Positions 49,895 to 61,298 of a stretch of 64,000 nt of DNA are shown in pieces. Position 1 is the first letter of the stretch. Every line of letters starts with the position of its first letter. The DNA comes from an uncultured delta proteobacterium (GTDB taxonomy: Bacteria; Desulfobacterota; Desulfomonilia; UBA1062). A program made the translations under genes and the position numbers. The notes under the pieces were generated by a model. That model worked only from the letters and a program-made list of their open reading frames with translations, had not been told where the DNA came from and made no database searches. The DNA lies in assembly GCA_963752595.1 (NCBI GenBank), contig CAVVYZ010000001.1, positions 160,001-224,000 on the forward strand. Direction: 5' to 3'.

Positions 49895-51253
49895 CTAATT
49901 CAGCAGCGTTCGGTACAGCGCCCTGAGCCCGGCATCCGCATTCCGCTGGAGAATCCCGAAGTGGAAGCTCAGCTGCGAGGGCCCCTGATCCACGATCTCG
50001 ATGTTGATGTTTTCCTGGAAGAGTGCATTGGATGCCTTGGCCAGGACACCCGGGGTATTCTTCATGCCGATGCCCACGGGTGAAAGCAGGGAAAGGTCGT
50101 AGCGGATCTCCAGGAAATTCGGTGTCAATGCGGTGGTGAGAGTCTGCTTGAGCTCTTCTGCTTTGTCTACGAGGTCCTGCTGGTCCACGATCACGGCGAT
50201 ATCGTCCTTGTCTGATGGGTAATGGTGCGTGTTGATGCTGTAGTCCTTGAAGATATCGAGCAGTTCCTTGGTGAATCCCACGGTCTCGCCGATCAGATCC
50301 TTCTCGATGTATACGTAGGCAATGCCGTCCATGCGGGCAATCCCGACGGCCGTTTCCCTGGGCGCCCGCGAGCTCACGATCATGGTTCCCGGCGCCGCGG
50401 GGTTGTTGGTGTTGCGGATATTGATGGGGATGTTCTTGTGCTTGCAGTTCATCATGGCATCGAAATGGAAGACATTGAATCCCTTCGATGACAGGAGCCG
50501 TATCTCTTTATACGTAAGCTCGGGGATGACGGAAGCCTCGGGGATGATCCGGGGGTCTACCTGATAGACGCCGTCGGTATCGGTCCAGTTTTCATAGCAG
50601 GAAGCATCGACGGCATAAGCCACTTCCCCGCCGGTGAGGTCCGATCCGCCTCGTGAGAGCACGGCGATATCGCCCTTGATGGTGATGCCGTAATAGCCCG
50701 GGATGACGGCAATGGAATCTTCGTGAAGGCTCTCCTTGAGATTTGCATGGGTGGCCGGCAGCACCTTTGCATTTCCGAACCGGTCGGAAACGATGAAGCC
50801 GATGTCCTCGGGCAGCATGACATCCGCACCCATCCCGGTTTTCTTGAAGTAGCGCGCAATGATCTTGGCGCTGTAGTGCTCTCCGCGGGAGGCAAAGAAA
50901 TCGATGCGTTTCTTGTCGGAGATGTGCGAGGTCAGGTCGGACTCGAGCCCCTCCATGATATCGTCGCCTTCGATGGCGAGACCGGTGATGAGAGACTTGA
51001 ACTTTCCCATGACCCGCTCGTGGCTCTCTTTCGCGCTGATGCTTTTGCCCCGCACCCGGAAATGCTGTCCGTCCGTTGCGATATTGAAGAGGTGATCCGT
51101 GACCTTTTCGGAGTCGTTCTTGTCTTTGCCCGGAGCCGACACCACGACGTAGCGCCGCTTGTCATTCTCCAGTATGATGCGGCGCACCTTCTCGATCTGC
51201 CCCGCATTTGCAACGGAACTGCCCCCGAATTTGCATACGATGTATCCGCCCAT
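49895..51253 (-). CDS. lysC: Aspartate kinase
   Basis: KFGGSSVA, VVSAPG, SRGGSD.TG, ENWTD.DG...DPR, ELTY.E.R.L and C-terminal ACT domains. Confidence 0.93.
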   Translation of the reverse strand: MGGYIVCKFGGSSVANAGQIEKVRRIILENDKRRYVVVSAPGKDKNDSEKVTDHLFNIATDGQHFRVRGKSISAKESHERVMGKFKSLITGLAIEGDDIMEGLESDLTSHISDKKRIDFFASRGEHYSAKIIARYFKKTGMGADVMLPEDIGFIVSDRFGNAKVLPATHANLKESLHEDSIAVIPGYYGITIKGDIAVLSRGGSDLTGGEVAYAVDASCYENWTDTDGVYQVDPRIIPEASVIPELTYKEIRLLSSKGFNVFHFDAMMNCKHKNIPINIRNTNNPAAPGTMIVSSRAPRETAVGIARMDGIAYVYIEKDLIGETVGFTKELLDIFKDYSINTHHYPSDKDDIAVIVDQQDLVDKAEELKQTLTTALTPNFLEIRYDLSLLSPVGIGMKNTPGVLAKASNALFQENINIEIVDQGPSQLSFHFGILQRNADAGLRALYRTLLN

Positions 51254-51379
51254 GGGTCCATCCTCCCTCTTCGTGTGTGCTGCAGGCCTTCTTTAAAGAA
51301 CCTCTGAAGTCCGGCTCAAACAGGGTTTCTATCCTATCTGCAGGCGGAGGGAAAGAGGAAATTGGGGAAAGGGATTTCT

Positions 51380-52414
51380 TTACCCTCCCTTGTGTTCAGA
51401 GGGCTGCTTGCCGTCCGGCTTGGCAATCTGGAGAAGCTGGACGGGAAGCTCGATGCCGAGCTTCCTGGATGCTTCTATATCTACGAAGATGGTGAGGCCT
51501 TGCGGCATGGCCACCGGTATATCTTCAGGCTTCACTCCCTCTTTTAGGATCTTTGCCGCCTGATCGGCCGTGAGATTTCCCATGGCGGCAAAATCCGGGA
51601 ATGTGTAAATGAGCGGGCTGCCGACATTCTTTCCCATGGATGAGATACAGGGTATCCCATGCTCGGATAATATGCCGCCAAGGGTTTTCCCGCGTTCGAA
51701 ATTATTAAGCCTGTAGTATCTGTCAAAGGGAATGAAAAAGGTATCGATCCCCTGTGACAGCATCTCTTCCGCTGCCGGGTTTATGCGCTCCCACAGATTC
51801 AACTGTCTGGAGATGACCTCGATCCCGAGATCGGCAGCCTTTTTTTTTGTTTCTTCCATATAGGCGACAGCATAGTCGTCGTCACTGTGGATGATGCCGA
51901 GCTTCTTCATATTGGGCAGGCCCAGCCGTGCCGTGCGGATGAAATCCTGTGGATTCACATACATGGTCACGCCGGTAAATCCTGGACCCGCCAGCGTTTT
52001 GGAAGCGCAGCCTACGGTCTCCGGGAATTCCACACAGGTGAAAACAAGCGGGATGCCTGCCTTGACGATCTTGAGCCTGGAAAACTTCGTTGCCGTGGTC
52101 CCGATGGTGATGACAATCCGGGGCTTCCTGTCTATGATCTCTCCGGCCATGAGCTTGACCTTCATGAGGGTCCTTAAGTTTTCCCACGTGTATAACTCGG
52201 CCTCAGGATTTGTATCGATGATGGTCCTGTTGATCTTCACGTCGTTCCCGAGGATAAGGCCGTTCCTTTCAAGTCCTTTGAGGATTCCCTGGTAGGCCTC
52301 TTCGAAGGTGTTCAGCCTGCTCACCTGGAGAACCTCGATCTGATAGACGGCCGCTGCCCGGCAGGGGATGGAAAAGACAAAAAGGAGTATCATGGCTGGG
52401 ATGATTCTTTTCAT
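51380..52414 (-). CDS. ABC transporter substrate-binding protein (ABC_sub_bind/DUF534-like), orphan
   Basis: Signal peptide; ITIGT.A, PLVFT.V, FTGV, AAKIL.EG.KPEDIPV and RKLGIELP. Confidence 0.82.
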   Translation of the reverse strand: MKRIIPAMILLFVFSIPCRAAAVYQIEVLQVSRLNTFEEAYQGILKGLERNGLILGNDVKINRTIIDTNPEAELYTWENLRTLMKVKLMAGEIIDRKPRIVITIGTTATKFSRLKIVKAGIPLVFTCVEFPETVGCASKTLAGPGFTGVTMYVNPQDFIRTARLGLPNMKKLGIIHSDDDYAVAYMEETKKKAADLGIEVISRQLNLWERINPAAEEMLSQGIDTFFIPFDRYYRLNNFERGKTLGGILSEHGIPCISSMGKNVGSPLIYTFPDFAAMGNLTADQAAKILKEGVKPEDIPVAMPQGLTIFVDIEASRKLGIELPVQLLQIAKPDGKQPSEHKGG

Positions 52415-52544
52415 TGCTGATTCCTCTTCTCGGAAGAAAGGTGATCTCCTGTAATAGATAATTTACCATATCCGAGATCAGGAAGGAAATATCCATTCTT
52501 TAAAGAGTGTGAAAAGGGCTGATCTTTTTAAGCCGCGGGATTTT

Positions 52545-53531
52545 TTAGATTCGTGAGGCAAAGAAATAGGTTAAAGCCGAGATGCCGGCAGATCCCGGGA
52601 TGGTCAGGATCCATGCCCATACGATACGGCCTGCGACTCCCCAGCGGACTGCACTCATGCGCCGGAGCGAACCCACGCCCATGATGGAACCGGTGATCGT
52701 ATGCGTGGTGCTCACCGGGATGCCCATCATGGTGGATATGAAAAGGCTCACCGCTGCGCCTGTTTCGGCGCAGAACCCATCGACGGGTTTCAGTTTGGCT
52801 ATTTTCTGCCCCATGGTCTTTACGATGCGCCATCCGCCGAACATGGTGCCTGTTGCTATAGCTGCCTGACAGGAAATGACCACCCAGAAGGGGACATAAA
52901 ACGTCTCTCCAAGGAGCCCGGCAGAAAACAGCAGGACTGCAATGATGCCCATGGTCTTCTGTGCGTCGTTGCCCCCGTGCCCCAGGCTGTAGAGGGCTGC
53001 CGAGATGAGCTGTCCCTTTCGGAAGATATGATCGACACTCCGCGGGGTGGATTTTCTGAGGGTCCAGTATACCGCGATGCCGATGGCCAGACCGAGCAGC
53101 AGACCCACGGTAGGTGAGATAAAAATGAAGCTCACGGTCTTCAGGATGCCTTTCGCCACGAGAGCCTCCGGCCCGGCCTTGACCAGGGCGGCTCCCACCA
53201 TGCCGCCGATCAGCGCGTGGGAAGAACTTGTGGGCAGGCCGACGTACCAGGTAATGATATCCCATATGCATGCCCCGACGAGCGCGGCCAGGATGAAATC
53301 GGGACCGATGATACCCATATCTACGATGCCCTTGCCGATTGTGTTTGCCACGTGCAGCCCAAGGAAGAGGAAGGCGATGAAGTTGAAAAATGCTGCCCAA
53401 ATCACTGCCTGCCTCGGGGTGAGGACCCGGGTGGACACAATGGTTGCGATCGAGTTGGCCGAGTCGTGGAAACCGTTTAAGAAATCGAAGGACAGTGCCA
53501 GCAGGATCAGGAAGAAGATATAGAGCGACAT
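52545..53531 (-). CDS. PiT-family inorganic phosphate transporter
   Basis: NGFHDSANSIAT, GLPTSSSHALIG, HGGNDAQK and PVSTTH. Confidence 0.93.
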   Translation of the reverse strand: MSLYIFFLILLALSFDFLNGFHDSANSIATIVSTRVLTPRQAVIWAAFFNFIAFLFLGLHVANTIGKGIVDMGIIGPDFILAALVGACIWDIITWYVGLPTSSSHALIGGMVGAALVKAGPEALVAKGILKTVSFIFISPTVGLLLGLAIGIAVYWTLRKSTPRSVDHIFRKGQLISAALYSLGHGGNDAQKTMGIIAVLLFSAGLLGETFYVPFWVVISCQAAIATGTMFGGWRIVKTMGQKIAKLKPVDGFCAETGAAVSLFISTMMGIPVSTTHTITGSIMGVGSLRRMSAVRWGVAGRIVWAWILTIPGSAGISALTYFFASRI

Positions 53532-53761
53532 GTCTTCACACCCGTGCGCCGGAAAGGGTTCTCGCGTGCTTCAATACTATTGGCCGGAATGGATCATTAT
53601 ACAATGTTCTCAACATCGGTGCTTTTTTTCATACTCTTAGGCAGGAATTGTTAATATTTGATGAAGATTCGGTTAATTTTGCATGAAGGAAACCCTGCAT
53701 CCCGGTTCCAGAGAATTCCCGGGAATGGATAGTTCCGGGATCACCTGGAGACAATGTCGGG

Positions 53762-54007
53762 TCAGCGCTGGAGATCTTTTTTCATGCTTTCGAATTCCTC
53801 TTTGGTGATCTGCCCTTCGGCATAGCGTCTTTTGATGATATCGAGCGGCGTTTCTTTTCCGGCCCCGGGAGATGTCGGCAAGCCGGGCTTTATGATCCTC
53901 GTGGCAATATAAACCAGGAGAAAGATGATAAGGATAAAGAAAATCCACATGATCAAACCTCCTGTCCAGGAATTCATCATCCCCCAGCCGTGGCCGTTTT
54001 GCATCAT
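53762..54007 (-). CDS. Small membrane protein with SHOCT domain
   Basis: GWGMM...TM helix...PLDIIKRRYAEGQITKEEFE.MKKDL; start uncertain. Confidence 0.8.
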   Translation of the reverse strand: MMQNGHGWGMMNSWTGGLIMWIFFILIIFLLVYIATRIIKPGLPTSPGAGKETPLDIIKRRYAEGQITKEEFESMKKDLQR

Positions 54008-54130
54008 GCAGTCAGAGAGGTAGGTTCCCGAAAGAATCAGGACGGACATAACCTGATTTCCGGGCAGGGATTTTTTATTGTTCATATGCTTATAATAAGC
54101 CGGCATCGGACCGGCTTAAAGGCGGATCAT

Positions 54131-54667
54131 TTATGTTTTCTGCAGGGAAAGGGAGCCGTCCAGGATGTCGGCAACCTCCTGCTTGCACGCCCTGCAGCGC
54201 TGTGCTCCCCTGAAGAGCGGCTTGCCGCACGAAGGGCAGTGGTAGCGTTCGCATTCCGAACGGGCCCATTCAACGCTGCCGTCTTCATCTCCGAGCTCGG
54301 CTACCTTTTCCCGCCAGAGGGGGATGGCCCGCTTCATCACGCGCAAGCCGGTGGAAAGGCCGAAATTCTCCACCTTGCTGCACGGCCATTCATTGCACTG
54401 ATGACAGGAGTAAAAGCCTTTCGACCTTACGCAGTCTCTGATCGTGCAGAGCCTGCAGTACCCGTAGAGCATCTTCGGGGGGTCCGGCTGCATACATCCG
54501 ATGCACTTCGTCTCTTCAGGGCTTGTCCCATAGAGGTTTCCCATCACGGCCCTGAATTTATCATTATTGTCCCTGGTTGCTAAGTATACCCCGCAGGTGC
54601 CGCAATATAATCCGCAGGGGGCCATCAGATTCCTGTTCCGGAACTCATCCTCGCTCCATCCTTCCAT
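54131..54667 (-). CDS. DUF3795 Cys-rich protein
   Basis: APCGLYCGTC, CIGC, C.IRDC...SCHQC..WPC and C-terminal CPSCG...C..C. Confidence 0.88.
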   Translation of the reverse strand: MEGWSEDEFRNRNLMAPCGLYCGTCGVYLATRDNNDKFRAVMGNLYGTSPEETKCIGCMQPDPPKMLYGYCRLCTIRDCVRSKGFYSCHQCNEWPCSKVENFGLSTGLRVMKRAIPLWREKVAELGDEDGSVEWARSECERYHCPSCGKPLFRGAQRCRACKQEVADILDGSLSLQKT

Positions 54668-54737
54668 GTTCGTCTCCTTTCAGTGCGACTGCTTTAATCC
54701 TCGCTTCCCTTGCCGCCGGGACAAAATAATCTCCAGA

Positions 54738-55534
54738 CTACCCGATATCCGCGAGATCTTCATGGTTCAGGAGCATCACGCCGTACAAGGAGGAAACCAT
54801 GCGTGCCCACCGGGAATACCGTGCATTCGTTACGACGGCTGCCACTCAGCCCCGTATCTTCTTTGTGTCGAGGACAGATTCCGGATAAAATGCCTGCCCA
54901 CCGTAGACGAAGACTTCGCACAAGAAAGGACGAACAATACGACTCCTTTCTGGGCAAGAACGTGGCTATGTGCGTTTTCCTCCCCGTCGTAGATCACCTT
55001 CCACCCGGCCAGGCCCAGAAGCCTCGTGCAATATAGGCGGTAGGCCTGCTGGTCGTCATCTTCCCAGCTTTCACCCCGGTATTCCCTGATCGTTCCGTCT
55101 ATGCGGTTTTTTTCAAGATACTCATCGATGCGCATATCGATCATGGCATCGATGCGCGTGGCAGAGAGTGGAAAGTCATGGGATTGAAGATCGCTGAAAA
55201 GACCGCCGAGTACGTTCGAAATAAAGTAGTCCTTTTCCTTATCCCAGGTTTCATAGTGCACAAGCCCATAGGCGTCTCTAAAGACCATATATCTTCGCTT
55301 TCGTGCAAGGACATCGAGGTGCTCGTTGATGCAGGCGGCAACTTTCCTGCGCGTAAAACGGCTTTCCAGAATATGGGACAGGTTCGGCCAGATGCCGCGG
55401 AAAAAGCCGTGCAGAAGTGCGAGCAGCATGATCGCCACGGAGAGGTAGGGCGAGGTATGATACAGAAGGAAGGCTGAGAATATATACAGACTCCCCAGCA
55501 GGATGAACCATACGATCCCCGTAACCATAGACAC
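54738..55534 (-). CDS. Membrane-anchored Mrr-like restriction-endonuclease-fold protein, degenerate active site; one -1 indel near 54845
   Basis: Two N-terminal TMs; Y..YC..LL..AGWKV...; adding one G restores AEWAAVVTNARYS..A......VMLL.HEDL to the stop at 54738. Confidence 0.65.
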
Positions 55535-55755
55535 TCACTTCATCGCAAAGCTCGCAGCATAGGTACCCTCGCACAAGTGCTTCAAGCAGATAGTGTTAAT
55601 ATTATACCTGAATTAGAAAGAAATGATACTACAAATCAACGGACCGGAAGGAAGGCTCTTTTTGCCGGGAATATTCAAAGATCCGAAGCCATTTCCTAAG
55701 GCGACGGATTCAGAAGCTATTTTTACAGTCAGGCAGGTGCCAAGGGAATGAAGAT

Positions 55756-55843
55756 AAAAAAATAGCCAGAAGAAATTTAGGTGTAAGAGCATAGAAAAGG
55801 AAGGCTATGCTCCTTCTTCTGGCTCATAAAAGGAGGTTTCTCT
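55756..55843 (-). ncRNA. Candidate small RNA with anti-Shine-Dalgarno motifs
   Basis: Promoter TTGAGA-N17-TACTCT (55877-55849), 5' AAACCUCCUUUU, nested 11-bp and 8-bp helices with a CCUUCCUUUU loop, then a 7-U tract. Confidence 0.55.
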
Positions 55844-56215
55844 TACAGAGAGTAAATATTTTCTAATGCATTCTCAAATAATAGTTTATCAGTCATGTTC
55901 TGAAAGGCCTGTAGTCTATAGAGCGGCCGGCTTGTGAGATATTGTCCGACAAGGATCATTTCCATTACCGGCATGGGGACTTAGGAGGAGCGGGCTGGGA
56001 GCCGGCTCGAAAAAATATATGCAGCCCCATGTCCGATCATGATTTATGCGCTTAAAGGGCATGACCGGGCCGGGCAGGGAAGAGTTCATCTCTCTTTATC
56101 TCGAGTGCATCCCGACGCACCCGATTGTCTTTTACCCCGCATCAAAACTCTGAAAAAGCACAACATAGAATGGGACAATCATGAAAATAACAAAAAAGTT
56201 ACTTTGAGAATATAA

Positions 56216-56233
56216 CAGCACAACTATGTGCTG
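56216..56233. promoter_or_regulatory. Enhancer-like palindrome upstream of amtB
   Basis: CAGCACA-ACTA-TGTGCTG perfect dyad; related half-site AGCACAAC at 56157-56164. Confidence 0.65.
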
Positions 56234-56298
56234 CAAGCCATTCATGAAAGCTGTACGGAACTATAGATAAAACAGAGACATGAATGATTCAGCCCTCC

Positions 56299-56313
56299 TG
56301 GTATGAAGCTTGC
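56299..56313 (+). promoter_or_regulatory. sigma54 promoter of amtB-glnK
   Basis: TGGTAT-GAAGC-TTGC (GG-N10-GC), 44 nt before the amtB ATG. Confidence 0.82.
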
Positions 56314-56357
56314 CCTTGAACATATCAATTCATCCGACAGGGGAGGTACTATATTCT

Positions 56358-57937
<1,580 letters not shown>

Positions 57938-57960
57938 TGAAAGGCGTATCCGCCGGCTTA

Positions 57961-58248
57961 TTATTTATTGATTCTCGGTGATGTGCTTTCCTCTTTCCGC
58001 AGAGGCGTTGCCGACATCTCGACGATAGTTACCTTTCCGTGCCTGCTTAAAATCCATCGGAAAAACGGAATGACAACCCCTTTGGGGTTCGTCAGGTCTT
58101 CGATCAGGAGCGCGGCAACAGGTAATACGAGGCCGATGATGCCTTTGCCCATGCTCTTCTTGGTAATATTGTAGAGGCCTCCGGCCAGGAGAGCGTCCCT
58201 GATCCTGTTCTTGATGTGCAAGGGTGCATTGCCGTACTCACTTGCCAT
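57961..58248 (-). CDS. Small hypothetical membrane-associated protein
   Basis: 95 aa, GAGGAG RBS, one hydrophobic segment. Confidence 0.55.
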   Translation of the reverse strand: MASEYGNAPLHIKNRIRDALLAGGLYNITKKSMGKGIIGLVLPVAALLIEDLTNPKGVVIPFFRWILSRHGKVTIVEMSATPLRKEESTSPRINK

Positions 58249-58599
58249 GTGTACATACTCCTCTCTTCTGCTGCTGATTACCCGTTATGCTTAGGAGTTT
58301 TCTCATCAGCCCGCCGTCCATCCGGCAAGCTACCCCGATTGACCGGCCCATGATACCAGAGAAATATAAATAACGGAAGCATCCTGATAGGGAGTGGATT
58401 CAGCCCGCCATCGATGCAGTGTGTGGTACATCCAAGTATCGAAAAAAACTAAAAAACTGGACAGTAAGGCTAAGGAAGTGTATGCTTGGAAACCGTAAAT
58501 TCATTGTTTCCCAAAGGCTGCAGTGGGGCGATGCAGGTTTCGGGGAGAGGATGAATGAAATTTATTCCGTATGCATAAAACCGACGAGGAGGTGGAGTA

Positions 58600-59325
58600 A
58601 TGAGAAAGATGATTGTTTCGCTGGCAGTGCTGGTTATGATGGCGCTACCCATGGGTGTCATGGCTGAGGATTCCCTCGTGGAGGCAAAGGCTCTGTTGAA
58701 ACAGGAGACCCTTGACTCCAGCAGGAAGGCCCTTGATATCTCGCTGAAGGTAGTGCAGCAGCAGCCGCAGAGCTATGAGGCGAACTGGGTTGTTGCAAAG
58801 GCATACCGTTTGACAGGGGACCAGTCTAAAAAGGCCAATGTTCCCAACTGGAAAGCCATCTGCAAAGACTACGGGAAAAAAGGCATGGCATATGCTGAAA
58901 AGGCTAAGGCCATCGATCCAAACAAGGTGGACGGTCATTTCTGGTATGCTGCTTCCGTGGGAACGTACTCGGACGGCGTGAGCATCATCACCGCACTCAA
59001 GGAAGGCCTGAAGGACAAAACCCAGAACGGCTTCGAAACCTCGTATAAAATGGATAAAATGTACAATGACGCCGGTCCGGTCCTTGCACTCGGACGGTTC
59101 TGGTCGGTTCTTCCCTGGCCGCTGAAGGACAAGAAAAAGGCGGTAACGTATCTGGAAGAATTCCAGAAATACTTCCCGAACAAGCCGGAGGGGCAGGTCT
59201 ATCTCGGAACGGCATACCTGGATGTGAAAGAGAAGGATAAGGCCAAGGCTGTCCTGACAAAAGCAGCGGAATCAAACGACAAGTATTACAGCGACATGGC
59301 AAAGAGTCTCCTGAACGGCATGTAA
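58600..59325 (+). CDS. Exported TPR-like helical-repeat protein
   Basis: Signal peptide; YAEKA.AIDP..VDGHFWYA, ALGRFW..LPWP and YLG.AYL...EKDKAK; GAGGAGG RBS. Confidence 0.8.
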   Translation: MRKMIVSLAVLVMMALPMGVMAEDSLVEAKALLKQETLDSSRKALDISLKVVQQQPQSYEANWVVAKAYRLTGDQSKKANVPNWKAICKDYGKKGMAYAEKAKAIDPNKVDGHFWYAASVGTYSDGVSIITALKEGLKDKTQNGFETSYKMDKMYNDAGPVLALGRFWSVLPWPLKDKKKAVTYLEEFQKYFPNKPEGQVYLGTAYLDVKEKDKAKAVLTKAAESNDKYYSDMAKSLLNGM

Positions 59326-59349
59326 TTCGTACACAAAGGAAGCGAGCAC

Positions 59350-59384
59350 AAGGGGCGCCTCTTCTTGAAGGCGCCCCTTTTTTT
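59350..59384 (+). terminator. Rho-independent terminator
   Basis: AAGGGGCGCCT-cttcttga-AGGCGCCCCTTTTTTT. Confidence 0.9.
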
Positions 59385-59427
59385 CATCTCCCCTTTTCCA
59401 TCCCGGTTATTGTATACACCCCTTTAT

Positions 59428-59985
59428 ATGATACTCGACATCGAAGGCGTAACTGCGATCACCATAGAACACAGCAGGAAGGCAAAGCGCATGCGCATCA
59501 CCGTGAGCTCGGGGTCTGTCCGGGTCGCCGTTCCCCGCTGGATATCTCTGGATAAAGCAAAGGCCTTTGTCCTGGAGCATGCTGACTGGATACGGCATCA
59601 CGAAGCACGGCTGAAACTCAGGGAAAAGGCCGGTGAGGAACTCCTGCGCGAGCTGCCCCCCATTGCCGACCCCGATGAAGCCAGGCAGAAGATCATCTAC
59701 CGCAGCAGGCTGCTGGCGCTCCATACCGGCCTTTCCTTCAAGCGCCTCACGATCAGAAGCCAGAAGACCCGCTGGGGAAGCTGCAGCGCCCGAAACGACA
59801 TCAGCCTGAACATCAAGCTTGCAAGGCTGCCCCAAGCACTCATGGATTACGTGATCCTGCATGAACTGGTACATACGAGGGTCAAGGGTCACGGCCCGGC
59901 ATTCTGGAACGAACTGGACAAATACGCAGGAGATTCCAGAAAACTACGCAGGGAGTTGCGGAAATACCTGCTCAAAAACCTCTGA
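59428..59985 (+). CDS. YgjP/DUF45 (SprT-like/M48) zinc-dependent hydrolase
   Basis: SRKAKRMRI, QKTRWGSCS and DYVILHELVH...H...FW. Confidence 0.9.
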   Translation: MILDIEGVTAITIEHSRKAKRMRITVSSGSVRVAVPRWISLDKAKAFVLEHADWIRHHEARLKLREKAGEELLRELPPIADPDEARQKIIYRSRLLALHTGLSFKRLTIRSQKTRWGSCSARNDISLNIKLARLPQALMDYVILHELVHTRVKGHGPAFWNELDKYAGDSRKLRRELRKYLLKNL

Positions 59986-60332
59986 CATACCTTGTGCATA
60001 TAAAAACACTTCCGGCTTTTTTGCGTCCCTCGCTGTGACGACCATATCTGTATTCCCTGATGCCTTTCTCAATAGCGTTTGCAGGTTGCCCGAGTAGGGG
60101 GTGCAATTGGGTACGGGGGTAATCATGACGAAACGTCGAATATGGGGTTAATATGTATGAGCGTTGGGCAACAAGAGGGCTCTTCCGACCACCGAACTGC
60201 CTTTTTTGATACATCCAAGGATCGCCCGGAGGTGAGCCGATCGGATGCATCAAAAGGTGCCGTAATGAGGGCCGATGTCCGCTGCACCCCTTCTTCTCAG
60301 GCTAAACTTCTATACGTGTCCTGAGATGCACA

Positions 60333-60608
60333 TCACCCGCTGCACTGCCGGCCGGGCTGGGAGAGACGGAATTTCAGGAACAAGGCCACAAGCACGACCA
60401 GGATCGGGAGCTTGAGCTTCCGGAATAGGGCGAAGAAGAACCCGGTGAGCTTGAAGGCTATTTTGAGCCCGATGATTCCTGCAACTGCGAATGCAGCGGG
60501 CTTCAGCATTTTCTTGAACCCGGCGAACCTGACATCCAACTCGGCTTTGATTTCTTCCAGTTCGTGCGTGATTTCGTTCATATCGGTTCTCAGCTCTTTT
60601 TCAGCCAT
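60333..60608 (-). CDS. Small coiled-coil membrane protein (partner of the holin-X-like gene)
   Basis: MAEKELRTDM..ELEEIKAEL + two TMs; GGAGG RBS inside the upstream gene. Confidence 0.6.
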   Translation of the reverse strand: MAEKELRTDMNEITHELEEIKAELDVRFAGFKKMLKPAAFAVAGIIGLKIAFKLTGFFFALFRKLKLPILVVLVALFLKFRLSQPGRQCSG

Positions 60609-60973
60609 CTCATATCCTCCCTGACCAGGTTCAGATTGACTCGTGCTTGGGAAACCCCTTTTTTCACCTTCAGCAGGCCTATGAGGCCGAGAATGAGACC
60701 GCACAGCATGAGGAATAGGGTGACGATCAACGCCGAGGCCCAGGGCGCGAACCAAATATTCAGGATCAGCACAGCAGTGACTAAAAAGAAGATTCCCGAA
60801 AGTGCGATGAAAACAAGACCGGCGCACGCCAGGGCAACCCCCGGCAGGCTTATTTTGGCCGAATCTTCAAAGGTCTTCTTTACAAACGACTTTTCCTGCG
60901 CGGCAAACCTCTTGACCAGGCTTATGAACCTGGTTATCAGCCCGAACGTAGATACATCTCCGTATTTTCCCAT
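60590..60973 (-). CDS. Holin-X/DUF1469-like (phage holin family) membrane protein
   Basis: Two TMs, PWASALIV and VREDMRWLK C-terminus; no phage genes nearby. Confidence 0.72.
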   Translation of the reverse strand: MGKYGDVSTFGLITRFISLVKRFAAQEKSFVKKTFEDSAKISLPGVALACAGLVFIALSGIFFLVTAVLILNIWFAPWASALIVTLFLMLCGLILGLIGLLKVKKGVSQARVNLNLVREDMRWLKKS

Positions 60974-61298
60974 AACCTTCCCCCAAGTTTATATGAAAGA
61001 ACCGTCGATACCTCTTCCGTCAGTATCATTCGATAGCGGCTTCACCTTGCACCCGGTTGAAATTCATTACTGCCCGCTTAATGTAAAAAATGGGGGCAGT
61101 TCTCTTTTTCCCAATCCCTAAAGCCTGATTAGTTTTCGGGCTGCAGGAAAGCTGCAATCTAACGCAAGTTATTTAGAAAGTTTACATGATAATCCCCGTC
61201 AAAGTCAACACAATGGCTCATGGGTATTGTCGAAGCCTTGGGAGATCGGGAAAAACCTTTAATTATTAGTTTAGGATGTCGTGAAAGGAGGAAAAACG

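Noticed and set aside
55636-55670. GGACCGGAAGGAAGGC resembling the SRP (4.5S) RNA core
   Set aside because: It lacks the flanking CAGG and AGCAGC of the conserved internal loop, and there is no long enclosing helix.
60084-60173. GTTGCCC/GGGCAAC inverted repeat and GGGGGTAATCATG micro-ORF; possible riboswitch
   Set aside because: Short arms, located between convergent genes, no match to riboswitch cores I recognise, and the ORF is only 8 codons.
60590-60973. Prophage inferred from the holin-family gene
   Set aside because: No endolysin, integrase or structural genes; this family is commonly chromosomal.
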